Origin: Tubulanus polymorphus
Taxonomy: Eukaryota; Animalia; Nemertea
Direction: 5' to 3'
Assembly (NCBI RefSeq): GCF_964204645.1
Contig: NC_134036.1
Location: forward strand, 4,246,600 to 4,310,599
DNA length: 64,000 nt
Numbering within the stretch: position 1 is the stretch's first letter; each line of letters begins with the position of its first letter. The translations under genes and the position numbers were made by a program. The notes beneath the pieces were generated by a model, which searched no databases, was not told the origin of the DNA, and worked only from the letters and a program-made list of their open reading frames with translations. Of this stretch, positions 13,001 through 54,660 are shown in pieces.

Positions 13001-16000
13001 TCGGTATAAGACGCCTAATAAGTCAAACGGTTAATTAAACCTAGACTAATTAGCAGCTGATTGCTAGAGCAATTAGTCGCAATTCCACTCGAATCAATGA
13101 TTGCCATCAATTTGTAATCAGTATTTCAGTAATCGGTTCTCGATAACCGTTTTTTTCTCTTAAGTACGTGCGTAAATAATGAAGTACCGAACCAATCACA
13201 AGATATATTCTTCTTTGATCGACATTTGCCAATTCTTCACCGACCCCGCTTTCGATCGGAAACGATTGAATAAGCGTTACAACACCTAATTAGTCAATTA
13301 ACTGATCTAACTAATCAACTATTATTAACTAGTTTTTAATTAATAGTTTTTTAATAAATCCGCGCGCTTTTTTGGCAAAAAGGTCGTATATAATATATCA
13401 TTTTTTACACGTAATAATATCATTGTCATCATCATCATCATCGTCAAAAAAGCATCATCGTCATTATCATCATTCTCGTAAATATACTTATATATAAGTT
13501 TATCATATATGTATATTATAATTATATTATTCATATATACTTAATATATAATTATGTATAAATCTGTCCACCAGATGACGCTGCAAGCGACGGCCCCGCG
13601 CACGTGATATGTACGTAAATATACCTTTTATTTCTATCGATTCGTCGTTGGCGCGAACGTCTTTTTTTCTATAGTCAAAATATCGTTCGCCTCTGGTCGA
13701 ATATTTATAATTCATTCAATAATAGTAGTAGTAATAATAATAATAATAAAAATAATCATAATAATAATAATAACTATAATAGTTATAATTATCATTAACA
13801 ATTTCTCTGCACGACCGACAACGACACGCGTACAACATCTATTGAGCGCATTGTGAAACACGACAACAACACCCACAAACATAGACACCGAACTGATGGG
13901 CGTCGACGCCCGCCTGACCGCCTGACCCCCCGGCCCCGCCCGCGTCAGCGTGTTAGGTAGGCGAGGTCGCGATCACACTCGCGTAACGTCCGCCCGTGCC
14001 CTGTCCCACGCGTCACAACGGCAGGTGACCGAGTACACGGTGGCGACACCTTGCATCGAAGAATCGAATCAGAAATTCGACTATGCCGCCTTTCTCGCAA
14101 CTCGATTGGGGCGCCTCCGACATTTCTTTGGATAGAAACATTCTACGCATTGATTTAACTACTTTCACATCGCTTCGCGGGCGGCTCCGGGCGCCGACGC
14201 CTGGAAATATCGTCTTTTTTATTGAAAACGTATCAAAACGAATCCACCCATTTGTGACAGCAAAACAACATCGATTTAGTTAGTTAATTCTTTTTCATCA
14301 AAAATATGTCTCTATGTTATTCAATATTCATAATAATCATCATCATCATCATTATTCAATTCCGTTTTTAGATTATATTTATATTCTCTGCATTTTAAAA
14401 ATCAACATCGAGTCGTCGCGAGGGCGCCGCTTGTAGCGACACCTGGTGGCGTATTCGTTAAACATCTAACGCAAGCTATAACAAGATAGAGGCGATTACA
14501 GTGTATCGTAATGATCGTTTTTAACCAATCGTATTCGTTGGATTCGAATATTACCGTTTTTTTTTTAGATTTCGATATACAAATTATTCGGTAAAAGATC
14601 TTCGCGGCGTTTCGGGTGTTGCCGTATTTTAGACGTACCCGACACGACCGTTTAAAAAACCCGTTGAAAAGAAAGTATGTCACCGATGAAAATATCGATT
14701 TTTTTTCTTTTTCGGAGTGGTGTGGGCGTTTCCGCGGTGGAAAATATCGCCGGGCCCGAAGAACGACACGAGAATCCGAATATCGGCTCTTTCGGCTCTA
14801 AATATCCAACCGCGGTAAATCTGCGTAGAAAAGCGCAGTTTACACGTCCGATTAAAAAAAAACTTGGACGACGGCTCGTTTTCTAATGTTGATATTAGAG
14901 AAATATATATGTATATATACAATGTATCTAATATATTCTATAGTATTTCAATAATCGTAGCAATGTTCATAATAATCAGTCATTGTCATTATTAAGTACC
15001 GCGATTACTATTAATTATAATGATAATAATGATAATAATAGTAGTAATAATATTAATTATAATAATTATAATATGTCATGGCGTTTAGTTTTGCTTTTTT
15101 TTTAATGTATTCATATCATGATATCATGTATACTGTTATGTATCGTAAAATAGTTAGGCAGGCAAATTTAAATGCAAATTTAACTATTACTTACATACGA
15201 AAAAAATCTCTAACTTTTATCAATGAGTAAATCGCATGATTTATACATATTAGCTTCGTCCAAAGAACTAACTACTAAGCTAAAAAAAGCGTAAATTTTT
15301 TTTACATTTTTTTTTGGTCGAGGCGTTTCCCGCCCGTGAACTCAACGCGGTCCTTCTAAAATCGACCTATAGTTTAAAATCCCGCCCGTATAAGAAAATA
15401 CCGAAAAAAGTGGGGTTCGAACCGTATCGTCGAATAACGTTCAAAAAAAAGAACGAAAGAAAAAAGATGAACAACGTGAACAACATCGATTACGCGGTCA
15501 AAAACAACCTTAAACACGGAATGAGTACGAGAGAAAGCGCCACCTCGCGGGCGACGACGACAACGACGACGCCGCCGGCGAAGGACGCCTTCGAAATGAC
15601 TAGATTTTACCCATATTATTCATAAGACATTATACGATAACTTCTTTTTTCAAAACGCAAAAACGTGTGTAAAAATCGTGATTGTTGAAAAAAGCACTTC
15701 GTAAGTGGAATGTTATGTTGTAAGAATGTAACCCCAGATGGCGCCACGTGATGCCGAGGCGAAAAACCCCCGATTGGGGCCGGTTTTTATAACTTTAACC
15801 CCTCGATCGCGAATTGCGATAATGTAAAGCCGGTGGGTTAACGCTAACAGCCAGTAGCCCCGGCGGGTATTTCGCCGGCACGTCGTCGGCGGAGACGCCT
15901 CGGTGACTAGATCCCGTTCGGTAAAAATGTAAAAAAATGAAACCCGACGCACAGTATTTGAAAAATTGAACACAGACAACGAGAGATTGACGAGTTTTTA

Positions 16001-19000
16001 GCAAAAAACGGCGAAAGAGAACGAACATTCAACGAACTTAAGTGTGCCTTTAGATAGCCTAGTGCCACGATTTATCATCGGATTATTCGCCCGGGATGAA
16101 TTAGCCGTCTTTTCGAGGAATCGTAAGTATTCGAGGCGATAAAGATGGCGTCGAACACGGGATATTCTTTATCATCTAACGTTAGTCATCTTTTTCCAAA
16201 GTTAAATCTAATTTTCAAATTTCAATTACAAAACTGACGATTCTAGGCATTTTTTCTTTGAATTATGACGACAATTCCGATTACGGCCGAAATTCAAAAT
16301 TCAAAATTCAAATCCAACGGACAGCCGTTACTTTGTACGTTTCAAAAATTTTTACACGATTTTGATCCGATTAGCGTCATTAGTTTTTCATCCGGCGTTG
16401 TAAAGACTTTTACGGCCGAATGAGAAAAAAAAACATTAAGTCTTCGCGCACTTGGGTAAGTACAAAACGCGTGTTGAAAAACAGTCACGAAAACTTTAAA
16501 AAGTCCACGACAACAACGGCAACAAAGTGGAGAGACTTGTGCGCATTGGAATGATATTAAAAACCAGTGATATGTGTTCAATAGAAAAAAGGCAACGCCC
16601 CCTATGAGCGGCGTTGTTAGTTAGCGATTCGTTCAACGGCTGGTCGATAGAGGGAGCCACTGCGAGGAATGAATTATCGCGATGACTAGAATATTTCTAT
16701 AATCAATTGTAATGATAATTATTATAATAATGATAATAATAAATGCAACGTCAGAATTCTTTTTCCGAAATGAACACAATAAACGGTATAGATCGTCAAC
16801 GATGACACTAATGCAAAACTGACATAATATTATGCTCGTCGTATGGGGGCCATTTTTAATTGACGTAAAATTCACGAACGCCGACAATTTCGAGCGTTTT
16901 CTTCGTAATACGCAACTATGCGTATTTTTTTTTTGTCCGTCGCAGATTAACCTCGCGTCTAAGATGGCCCGCATGTGACTATTCCGCTTTCTAGGATTCG
17001 AGCCGGAAAGCGTCGAGACTGTTTTACCAGGCAAAACACTGTCGGGTTCGAATCCCAGACGAGCGAGCTGCAACGATTGCACAATGAGATTCGTAGAAAA
17101 ATCATCGGTGGTCGCCGAACCGTTCGGCGCCTACCCTAGCGGCGAAAATCGACCGATCCATATCGGGTGGTCGTAAAAAAGCCGCACCATTATCAACGAT
17201 CAGTCGACTTCGGCTGCGTGCGGAGGGGTGATAGGTTCGACGACCGTAAAAACGTATAAAAGAACCGTGTATAAGGTTTTAACAATCGGTAATAATGATA
17301 GCAATCCTTTTCGATATTCAGAGTTAATGAGTTAATTTGAAGAGAAAAAAAAACTGGTCCTTCATCGATTTAGTTAGTCCCGAATACGGACAAAAATGAC
17401 ACCAAACCATCGCAACCCATGTGGGATTCAAACTCCAAGCGATGTTCTTAAATTCCGACAGGAATCATCATTTAAAATCAGAACGCTATTTTACCGGGGA
17501 CCTTACGTTTCGGAATCGACTGATAAAAACTGACTTTGCGCAGCTCGAGAAGTACGAACCGGCTCGGTCGAAAATCTAGGCGATTAACCCTTAAGCTTCC
17601 GGTCGCGACACATTCGTCCCGAACCGATAGCAGCGTAATTCGAGAAGTTCCCAAACATTCGGAATAAATCTTTAAAATCATGAAAATAGCCGCGATGAGC
17701 GGGCCTTCGAACGCCTATCATCGTATTTCACTTTCCCAACTATTAAAATCCCTTTCGATTTCGTCTTAGTAGATATGTCATTTCATGATCATGTTCATAA
17801 TAATATCAATTATAGTAATAATAATATTTATAATTTTAATGATAATCATCATAATAAGTTAGGCTAAGATTATATTATTATTGAGTGATAAATTTTTTTT
17901 GTCTAGTTATTATTAATAATAGTATATAATATAATATAATATAATAAATATGTGTATAATTTAGTGATTATTTTACAACCTTTACAAGAGCGCCGCGGAC
18001 GCCCCCTGGTGGTGACCACGAATTCTATTTTTTCAAAACCATCCGAGGCGCGATCATCCGCGCTTACCGCTTATTCGTGTTACGACGCTCGCGAGCGTTC
18101 GTGAAAAAAAATTCTCGAAAATATTCTCTATTTCGATTACGTAGCTTATTAGAAAAACTCCCGACCGACAACGCGCCCTCTTTCGCGCTAGGGGGCGCCG
18201 CTGTTTACAAGCCCTCGAAATCGGCTGGCGCGTCGTCATCAGTTTTCGTATAAAACTAGATTGAAATTAAGTTCGCTTTTTTTCTCACGCGTCTTAACCT
18301 CTTCAATAAGTCATATATACGCTTTGAATTCTTTTTTTTCCTAATCATTTTCGCGGCATCAAATCGCTCTTAGTCCCATTCGTTTATCGACCCGGATTAT
18401 CGCTATCGTATATCATCATATCGTTATATGGTAGGTATTAAATATATTGGACGATACGCCTTGCGGCCTTCTTGCGATAATCATAACGATAATAAAAGCG
18501 TTAATAAACCCCATCCCCGAGATGCGGTCTTTAAAGGGATATCATTACAGAGCTTACGCGGCGTTCTAGCATAATATGAATAGCGTGTTCGCGTTGAAGC
18601 GAGTTTTTGACTTATCATTCTCGTATTACTATTAAAATGTGACTCGGTGGGCTAAATAAATATTTACAAATCTTTTCGGCAACATCGTCATTAGTTTTTT
18701 TTTTTTAAATCTGTTACATTGTGATTATAACAGTTATCGTATACATACAACTTGCGGCGGTGGCGTCGTCATCCATCAGCGTAAGCGTAAAAAGCGGATC
18801 CCGGACTGCGTTTTGGCTGGCGGCCTTGGCTCGTTTTTTTGAAGAATATACGGAGCTATATGTTTTTGTTCATCTTCTATTTACAATTCCACGACGCAGT
18901 CTCTCTCTCTTTCTCCAAGGCGCGTGAGAATGCCACACCGGAATGTTCATCTTAAGCGTCCCCGCGTCAGTGGTCGAAGTCGTGTCAAAAATGTCGTGTT

Positions 19001-19269
19001 AAAAATGGCGGCACCTTTTGTACAAAACTTCGGGTGTCTCCGGGATCGTTCACGTGTTTGCGTGGAGAAGCTCATCTCGCTTTTGCCGTCGCTTTATAAA
19101 CTGTCGGGTTATACGCTGCTGCTGCTGCTGCTCAAGTTGTTTTCATAAAATCTGAAAAATTCCAAAAAAGGAAAGAATTTTTTTAGCGTTTGGTATTCAT
19201 CTTATTTTTCTTTTTAGCCGATTTTTTTTTGTCGCGGTCCAACGATACAAGTGCGACAGCCACGAACTA

Positions 19270-19565
19270 GTGTTGGATCCAGTTACATAGTTGTGTTGGT
19301 ACAATATAACTGTGCGGACCCAGTTCCACATTTGTGTGGTTTTAATTTGACTCCGGATCCAGAGTACCACCGTTGCTTGGGTTAAACTTTTCTGCGGACC
19401 CAGTTACACAGTCATTGCGGGTTTGATTTGACTCTGGATCCGGTTCCACAGTTGCGTGGGTTCAATGCGACTCTAGATTCAGTTCCATAGCTGTGCGGGT
19501 TTACTTTGACTCTGGATCCAGTTCCACAGTTGTGTGGGCTAACATTGACTCCGGATCCAGTCCCA
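19270..19565 (-). repeat. Minisatellite family A cluster, inverted orientation
   Basis: GACTCTGGATCCAGTTCCACAGTTGTGTGGG units start at 19430, 19469, 19508 and 19547 (period 39). Confidence 0.9.
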
Positions 19566-21848
19566 AAGACGCTAGGCAAATCAAACTTTCAGTTTGGGGC
19601 TTGTTTACATTTCAATACAAAACTACTGACAAAGCCTCTTAACCTCGACTGTGGAAATGGATCTACAGTCGTGTTACACAACCATCCATATTCAACGACA
19701 GTTTCACAAAAAATTTGAGACGACTTTTTTTTCCGTAAATATGCCTAAACGTTGTTCACTTTCCACCAGCGAACCGACACAAAATAATTGAAAAATAAAA
19801 AATCCACGATAAAAATGTTTAGGTATGAATCACAACGAAATTTTACACCGCCATATAGACCCACAGAAATCCCGAAAACATATCGATATATATTGAATAA
19901 AAAAAAAAATCGACATTTATTGCCACCAACATCGAACATTGAAAAAATTAGAAAAATTTATTCAATAAAGAAAATTAGACAAACTTTTCAAAAAAAACAA
20001 AACACGAAAGACCAAAAGAACCTAAATTAAAAAAAAAAAACCGAGTGTATGATGAACGTAAAATGATGAGAATTTGAATGAAAAGGCAATTTTCAACATT
20101 TTCTTTCGTCGAAAAATAATTTCGATGAATTTTGATGATTTCCACATTTTTATCATATGTCGTAGCGACAATAATTACTGAATACAGAATTTCTTTACTT
20201 TTAAACGATTAGAATTTGAATTTGAATTGAATTTAGGAAAATGAAAATTAGATTAACGTTTTAGTCGTAATCCTGGTTACAACATATTGACGTCGATTTG
20301 AATTTTGAATAACGCGTGAAACGTTTAACGGAAAATATTTCGAATTAATGTGGTCGGTGCTGATGATGCTACGTACTCGTCACGATATATACTATTAGGC
20401 TCTACGCGAAATCTAACTTTTGCCAAAATGAAATTAAAAAAAAAAAACATAGTTCATATTTTCGTAGATTTCGCGAAAAGCACTTCACATAAAAAAGAGA
20501 AACCATTCGATTTGAAACCCGAAAAAATAACGATCGCCTTTTATTGGGATTCGAACCCGATGTTTCGAGTCCCCGCAAAAATGGACGGCGTGCCCCGTAC
20601 TGTGCGATGAGACGGGCTCGTAGTCCCGAAAATCGTCGACTTCTTGAGAAAAACCGTCGAAATATGCAAACATTTTACGGGTTCGAACCTTCAACCTCTC
20701 GACAACAACTACGACAAAAAACTGACTGCTGCACCGGGGAGTGTGAACGAGTCTAAACCATCGACTTCTAAGAATTACAGAATAATCTTACTAAGACACT
20801 GAGACCATTTTTATGTAATGATAAAAAAACATAACAGCCAACTACAATACCAAAAATATAGCTACATATTTATATACGTTTGGATGTGTACCGGCCCATG
20901 AAAATAACAAATTAACGATTAATTAATCAATTAATTCGTTAATCAATCTATGTGGTAATTAATCAGACTGGTGATTAACCAATTACCGATTGATTGGTAA
21001 TATCCATTGACCTAAAACGAGTAACGACTAGGACAGAGTGGAAATTAAATCAAAATGATATTGATTAAAATCATTGCCGTTACGAAATGGTAATAATCAA
21101 GATATTCAAATTACGGTCAATAAAAATTGTTATAAATAAAAATTATCGAAATCATCGAAATAAAAAAGAATTTAAAAAAACGATAAACACATAATTTCGA
21201 AATTGGTCGTAGGGCGAAAAATTCAATCAATTATAACGGTAACGATAATGATAATTATAATGGTATAAATTATAATTATAATGAATATTCAATTCGTATC
21301 GAACGTCTACTTGGTTCTTTTCTCGAAAATAGTCCCGAAAGACGTAGATAGATGAGAGATAGAGAGAAAAACACCACGGAAAAAGTGACAATGATAAAAC
21401 ACGATGATATATCAAAAAACAACAACATCGGTCGCCATCGAAAACCACCCGGCAACTTACTACTCAGTCGGGTCAAGGTCGTCGTCGTAATGGCAACGGC
21501 GCATGCGCGTGCACACGCGCATCAACGGACGGAAGCTGTGTCGCGTTTCCAGGAGGACACGATATAGTAGTTGGTAGTGGTAGTGTAGTGGTAGATAGGA
21601 GAAAAGAAACGAAAGCCTTGTTTTATATACACGATGATAATATAATATCGACGATTAACAAGTGGTCTAACGATCGGATCGAAAAGTTTTGCCCGACATA
21701 AGCGGGTTAAAAAGATGAAAAAAAAACCGCTACAATCGATAGAGCGCTATCGCGTGCGTTTGTTTATTTACTATATGCAGTCAGGTTATCAGTGTTAAGT
21801 CGAGAAGGTAGACACGATTTCACGGTGTAAGATGAATATACGATTCAT

Positions 21849-22016
21849 CCAGAGATGTCTCAAGTTCCTGAGTAAAAGCTGTATTTGAGCAACATTTCGA
21901 CTAAGGATTTTTAGCCATCACCAGGCGTACTGTTGATGGGGCAGTACGCCTGATAATGGCTAGTAGTCAGAAATGTTGCCCAAATATCCTTTCACTCAAG
22001 AACTGTACATCTTTGG
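21849..22016. mobile_element. Long palindrome, probably an inverted Penelope-like pseudo-LTR remnant with degenerate hammerhead cores
   Basis: Arms CCAGAGATGT...GCAACATTTCGACTA...TAGCCATCACCAGGCGTACTG and CAGTACGCCTGATAATGGCTA...GAAATGTTGC...ACATCTTTGG around a 9-nt loop. CCTGATAATGG...GAAATGTTG resembles the CTGATGA..GAAACGTTG signature of Penelope-like elements. Confidence 0.55.
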
Positions 22017-23041
22017 TTGCATTATTGTGGCATTTCTCTCCTGATCAGTGTTATTTTATGTAACCTTACGCTTTATCAAAGCGACTAGCCGCCATATTGT
22101 TTGTCGGCGAACGCAACTTTACAAGACCGACCCTTTTGAAGTTGTCAAAACGGTCAATCTAAAGATGAAATTTCAGCTTGCGGTATTGAGAAATTAAGAT
22201 TTTTTAAGATGTCGTTGTTCGAGTTTCCCCGAGTCTAAGCGTAGGCTCGAAACATCGGATTTCAAGATCATCAAATATATTGCAATATCTTATTAGGTAC
22301 AAAGAACAAATAAATAATGAATGAACCCAAGCATTTCGAATCGTGCATCTGAGCTTTATGTCATTATATCCAGCGTACGTACTCGGCGCATGCGTCACAA
22401 ACTTCACACACACGGACGATGAAAACAGGACAGTAATAATAAAAAATAATCATACCGATAATAATAATAATAATAGTAATAATGATAATAATTATGATTA
22501 TAATAATGATAATCGATTATATATAGCGAATGATACGAAATTTCGAAATGGTCCTCCACAACACGTTTTAGATTTGAAAAAAATATAAACTAGACCAACA
22601 AAAAATTAGATTCATCGTTTTTCCTTTTGTTTCCACATGTAAGCTACACAAACACGTGAAAATCGTGTGTAAATTTCCGTATAAAAACGGTCCCCAGGCG
22701 GAGAAACGAATGTCGCGAAATAGTGTTACAGGACTTTAAGGCGGTTTTCATTCACGATTTCGACTCCATCGTCGTTGAATCAACAAATTACCGTCGCATG
22801 GCTATGCTCGAATATGCGTACTATATTCCGATACGTAGAATTCGACTCTCGACATTATATTTAACGGGCATAATATAGCGGATTATCGCTGGCTCCTTGC
22901 CGATGATTTTCTACGTGTTTTCGGCTAGACCGGGCCAGGCAATATCGTTATATCTCATTCGGAATTCGTCTAGAAATATGTATATACGTTATTCTCATTA
23001 CCTGTTATTGTAGTTGTATAAATATCTGGTCGTGTCTGAAG

Positions 23042-50411
<27,370 letters not shown>

Positions 50412-50539
50412 CTGCAACGAGACGATAAACGGGGACATTAATATCGAGGAATTTAAGAATTTTTTTTAAAATCATTGCTGGATAAAAGAAAGTCAAAATT
50501 TGCAAATCGTTTAGACTGATCCAGCTATATTTACCAGCC

Positions 50540-50680
50540 CACAACACTGTGTATATGGGTCCATAATGAAATTAGACCAACACTGTGGAACTGGGTCCAG
50601 AGTCACATTAAACCTGTATACAACTGTGGAACTGGTTCCGGAGACAACCTAAACACACAACTGTGGAACTGGGTCTTCTT
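50540..50680 (+). repeat. Minisatellite family A cluster
   Basis: CAACTGTGGAACTGG(G/T)TCC units; a further degenerate copy at ~50810-50880. Confidence 0.8.
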
Positions 50681-51249
50681 AAAACACCCGTGAAATATTC
50701 TAATCGGGCCATAGTCAAATAAGGCGTATCTTTAGCGGTTCCAGTTCCAAAATATGTACCATAAAAATGTATCGATTCTTAAATCTAAACAGATATCTCC
50801 AGACAACTACTGTGAAACTGGTCGAAAATCCAATTAAACCCACACAAAGAACACCAATGGCAGGGTTAGAATTCAGAGTTAAATACATGTCATGATTTAT
50901 AAGACCCGGACGCACACGTCAAACGGAACGGCCTACTCGATACAAGGGGTTTGAATCGCGTTGGGGCGCGCGCAAATCTGCAAATAAAAATGATTAATTC
51001 TCGTCGGGTCGAGCGATTCGTTTTCGTCGTCGCGCAGCGCGTTCGATCAATTTATTTTTGAAATCAAATCGATTCGGATGCGATTAGTTTTTCGGATTAA
51101 ATCGATTCGCGTCCGTTCCGAGCTCGAGCCGCGCGCGATGAGGATAGTTATGTAGACGTAGCTGCGGCTGCTGCAGCTGCGGCTGCTGCTGCTGCTGCTA
51201 GAATTCAATCCGATGGTCGATAAAGAGCTCGGACAGAGATTGTAGAGAT

Positions 51250-51795
51250 TGGGGGATGTAAGAAAGAGGGAGAGAGAGGGGGAGTGAAGCGAAGTATACC
51301 GAAGTATATACGGTAGATAAAGTATATAATATGTATAGGAGAGGGGAGGGAATGAGACTCGAGCGGAAGGTGGAACAGGGATAGATAGCGAGGAGGATAG
51401 AGGGAGGGAAAGGGAGTAAGGGACGGGTTGTAAACGCTATTACGTCGGTCTAGCCCATGCTGGGGTAGAGGAGATAGAGAAAAACGATACGGTCTTTAGG
51501 CTGTGAAGGTACAGGAGAGGGGGAGAGGGCGAGAGAAAAGGATGAGAGAAGAGTGATTCTAGGTCATGAGAGGTGGGAGAAAATATGTCAAGAGAAGGGA
51601 GGGGAATAGAGGTCAAGCGAGGGAAGAGGAAGAGAGGGAGGGGGAATAGAGGTCAAGAGAGGGAAGAGGGGTGGAGGTCGTGAGAGGAAAGTCAAGATAA
51701 GGGAAGAGAAAATAGGTCAAGAGGGGGTAGGGGAAGATAGGGAATGGAAATTCGAGAGGTCAAAAGAGGGATGTAGAAAGAGGTCGAGAGAGGAA
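51250..51795. repeat. Polypurine (GA-rich) tract with internal GGGGAATAGAGGTCAAG repeats
   Basis: Direct reading. Confidence 0.85.
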
Positions 51796-54224
51796 ATTAG
51801 ATAAAAACGAATGCCGATGTAATGGTACAGTGTATAGCGCGCGATTGAGTAACAGTAATCTGTAACGGTGAACGGTTCGTGTATAACTCGTCCATCATTT
51901 CGCGTGAAGGGTAGATTGTCGTGTATTCGAGAGCGAGCGGGCGAGTGAGTCACCGACCCGAGACAACAGCCATCGCAGAGAACTGCCGTATAATTAAAAG
52001 ACGCGGGGGTCTCCGAAGAGGCCATCAGGAAAACAGTCGAACTGCAGCAGCGCCGAAGCTAGGAAAACATCGGTGCTGAATATAGTAACGACCTATCGAA
52101 ATATTTCAATTCGAGTGCGGCGAAAATTCTTATCTTAAACACGACTGAAGGAAATGCTTTTTCGCTTTAAGTGATGAATGTCGCTAAAACTAATTCTGTT
52201 AATTCGACCGATCCATCCTTAACTATATATCTGTACTTCGCGATTTCAAAATCAAACACCACTGTTACGTTCCCGCAGGTGAGTGGGTGGTTTTATCTAT
52301 AAGAGACAAGTCGCCGAATGAAAATCAGATCAACCACTTATACGAATATTGGGATACCACAAGCTTACAGAAAGGTATGTTATTTTCTTAACCCTGACAA
52401 AAGTTACGCGGTGGTCAAGAGCAAAGCTATTGCGTGTTCTTTCGTAAAGTATCGATAAAATACACGAAAAATTAGATATGTATTTAAGATCAAGACTAGT
52501 CTAAGACCATTTAAGTTATACAAACAAATCTAACAACTTAAGACCAGTCTTGAAAGTAAAAGACAATTTTTCGACTTAAGTCTCGACCGTGGAACCGGCT
52601 CCATGGATTTTAACATCATCCCGATAGTTCGAGCTATATTTCCGTGTTTTATCTAAATATGCCCTAAAAATGGCTAGAATCCCAGACCACTGATAAGCAA
52701 CGCACACGCGAGCTTACTTAAATATACAGCAGCCACGAGGGCGCTGACTGTTTGATGATCGTGAGAGTCTTATCGAACGCACTTACCCGCGCTCTCTTCA
52801 TGATCCCTAATAAATCTAATTTCGTTGATTCGGGATTCGATTTTTGCGCCAACGAAGTTACGACTGACGACGACGACGACGACGATGGCGAGGACGCGGC
52901 GCGCGCGAATCAGCGGACCCGCCTTGAGACGTTCGCCGAGCTAGCGCCAACCGCCGCGGTCGAGGTCGCATTATAGCAAATGAGGCTAATCATCTGGAAG
53001 CGTGTTAACATCGGTAAAGGTCGTATAGGATTTACAAGTAAGTTCCTCCTTCGAAAAAATTCCGCGGAAGATAGACCCCATACCGTTGCAAGACGGCCTA
53101 CTCCTAAATCACGACATCGTCGAAATGCTTGCTATATACAGTCTGCTCCGGATCGAAAGGTTCTTCCGTAAAAGATGGCCGCTTTTAAATCTCCCTATTG
53201 CCAGCGATAGATAGATATATCTTTGAAAGATAACTTAGATTCAACTTTCATATCATCAAATTGCTTAGTATAACTATATATCCGATTCTTCCGTAATAGA
53301 TGGCTGCAACTTGGATCAACCTAGGACATCATCGAATCACCATGAATTCTACCTCGCATCCAAAAAACATAGCTGTGAATAATCTTCGATTCGGTGATGT
53401 CGTAAGATGATTAAGGGACTATACATCGGTATCTGACAATGCCGGATTTGGGGAGGCGTCGGCCTCGTCTTTTCAACTCATAAGATTAATTACCGCGATA
53501 TCAATTTAATGATGTCATAGGGGTGATCGTTGTGATCGTTTTTACGATCGCGGCCGTATTACCCGCATCAGCGCGTCGATTCGATGACGTCATTGGGTGA
53601 TTGATGGTGTCCGCGATTTGAGCTCGCTCGCTCCGATCGGTAGCGTGTTTGCTCACGAAGCGAAGGTCGACAAACTCAGGGCGAAAGCGATCGAATTTCT
53701 GCGCGTAAAACAAACGACGACGAGCGATCGACGATCTCGGAGAAAAGTAATCAAATTTCTGCCGTCCCCGTGTCGCGTGTATATAGACTGAGTTCGTCGA
53801 TTAAGGGACGCATCATTCAGCGGAGACGATGACGAAGTTGACGAAGCCTGCAAAAATTCGAATCAAGACGCGAGGTTTGATTTTCGACGGCGTCGTTGAT
53901 TATCCTCTAAGTAACGACGCGCGGAGGTGAGCCGGCGATCTCTTTTCCATCCCTCGCTCTCTGTCTCTGTCATCTGTCTCAAAAATGAAATTGAATTTCC
54001 GATGATTTGGATTCGAAGTCCCGTCATTATACGAGCGGGAGATATTCTCGTCGAAAGCGGCGGTGCTGTGGGGGTTAAATGAGATGTCGCTGTTTCGTGT
54101 CAGGAATTCGACGTCGACATTGGAGGCTCGCAGAGCCAGACCCCCAGAGTTTTCGAAACAATTCAGTTTCGAAATTAGTTTACACGACTAGGGCGTGTCA
54201 AATAACGAGTAGATTATTCGAATT

Positions 54225-54660
54225 CCTCGTGACTCAGTCTCTTACTGTGGTGAAATTCTACCCCGAGTTGGTATCAAATACCGAGTAAGAGTTTGTGAAA
54301 TACAGTAGACTCTGTCTCTTACTGCGGTTAAGTTAAGACTGGTAAAATTCTACCCCGGGTTGGTGTCAAATATTGAGTAAGAGTTTGTGAAATACAGTAG
54401 ACTATGTCTCTTACTGCGGTAAAGTTAAGACTGGTAAAATTCTACCCCGGGTTGGTGTCAAATACTGAGTAAGAGTTTGTGAAATACAGTAGACTCTGTC
54501 TCTTACTGTGGTTAATTTAAGTCTGGAAAATTCTATTTATTCTGGATGCGAATATCAAGTAAGAGTTCATAAAATTTTGATGTCAAAATACCGAGTTTGA
54601 GAAATAGAGTAGACTCTGTCCCTGACGCCTCGATAAACTGGTAAAATTTCACCACGAGTT
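54225..54660. repeat. 92-bp tandem repeat, ~4 copies; related diverged copies at 63035-63270
   Basis: GTGAAATACAGTAGAC recurs at 54295, 54387 and 54479. Confidence 0.93.
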
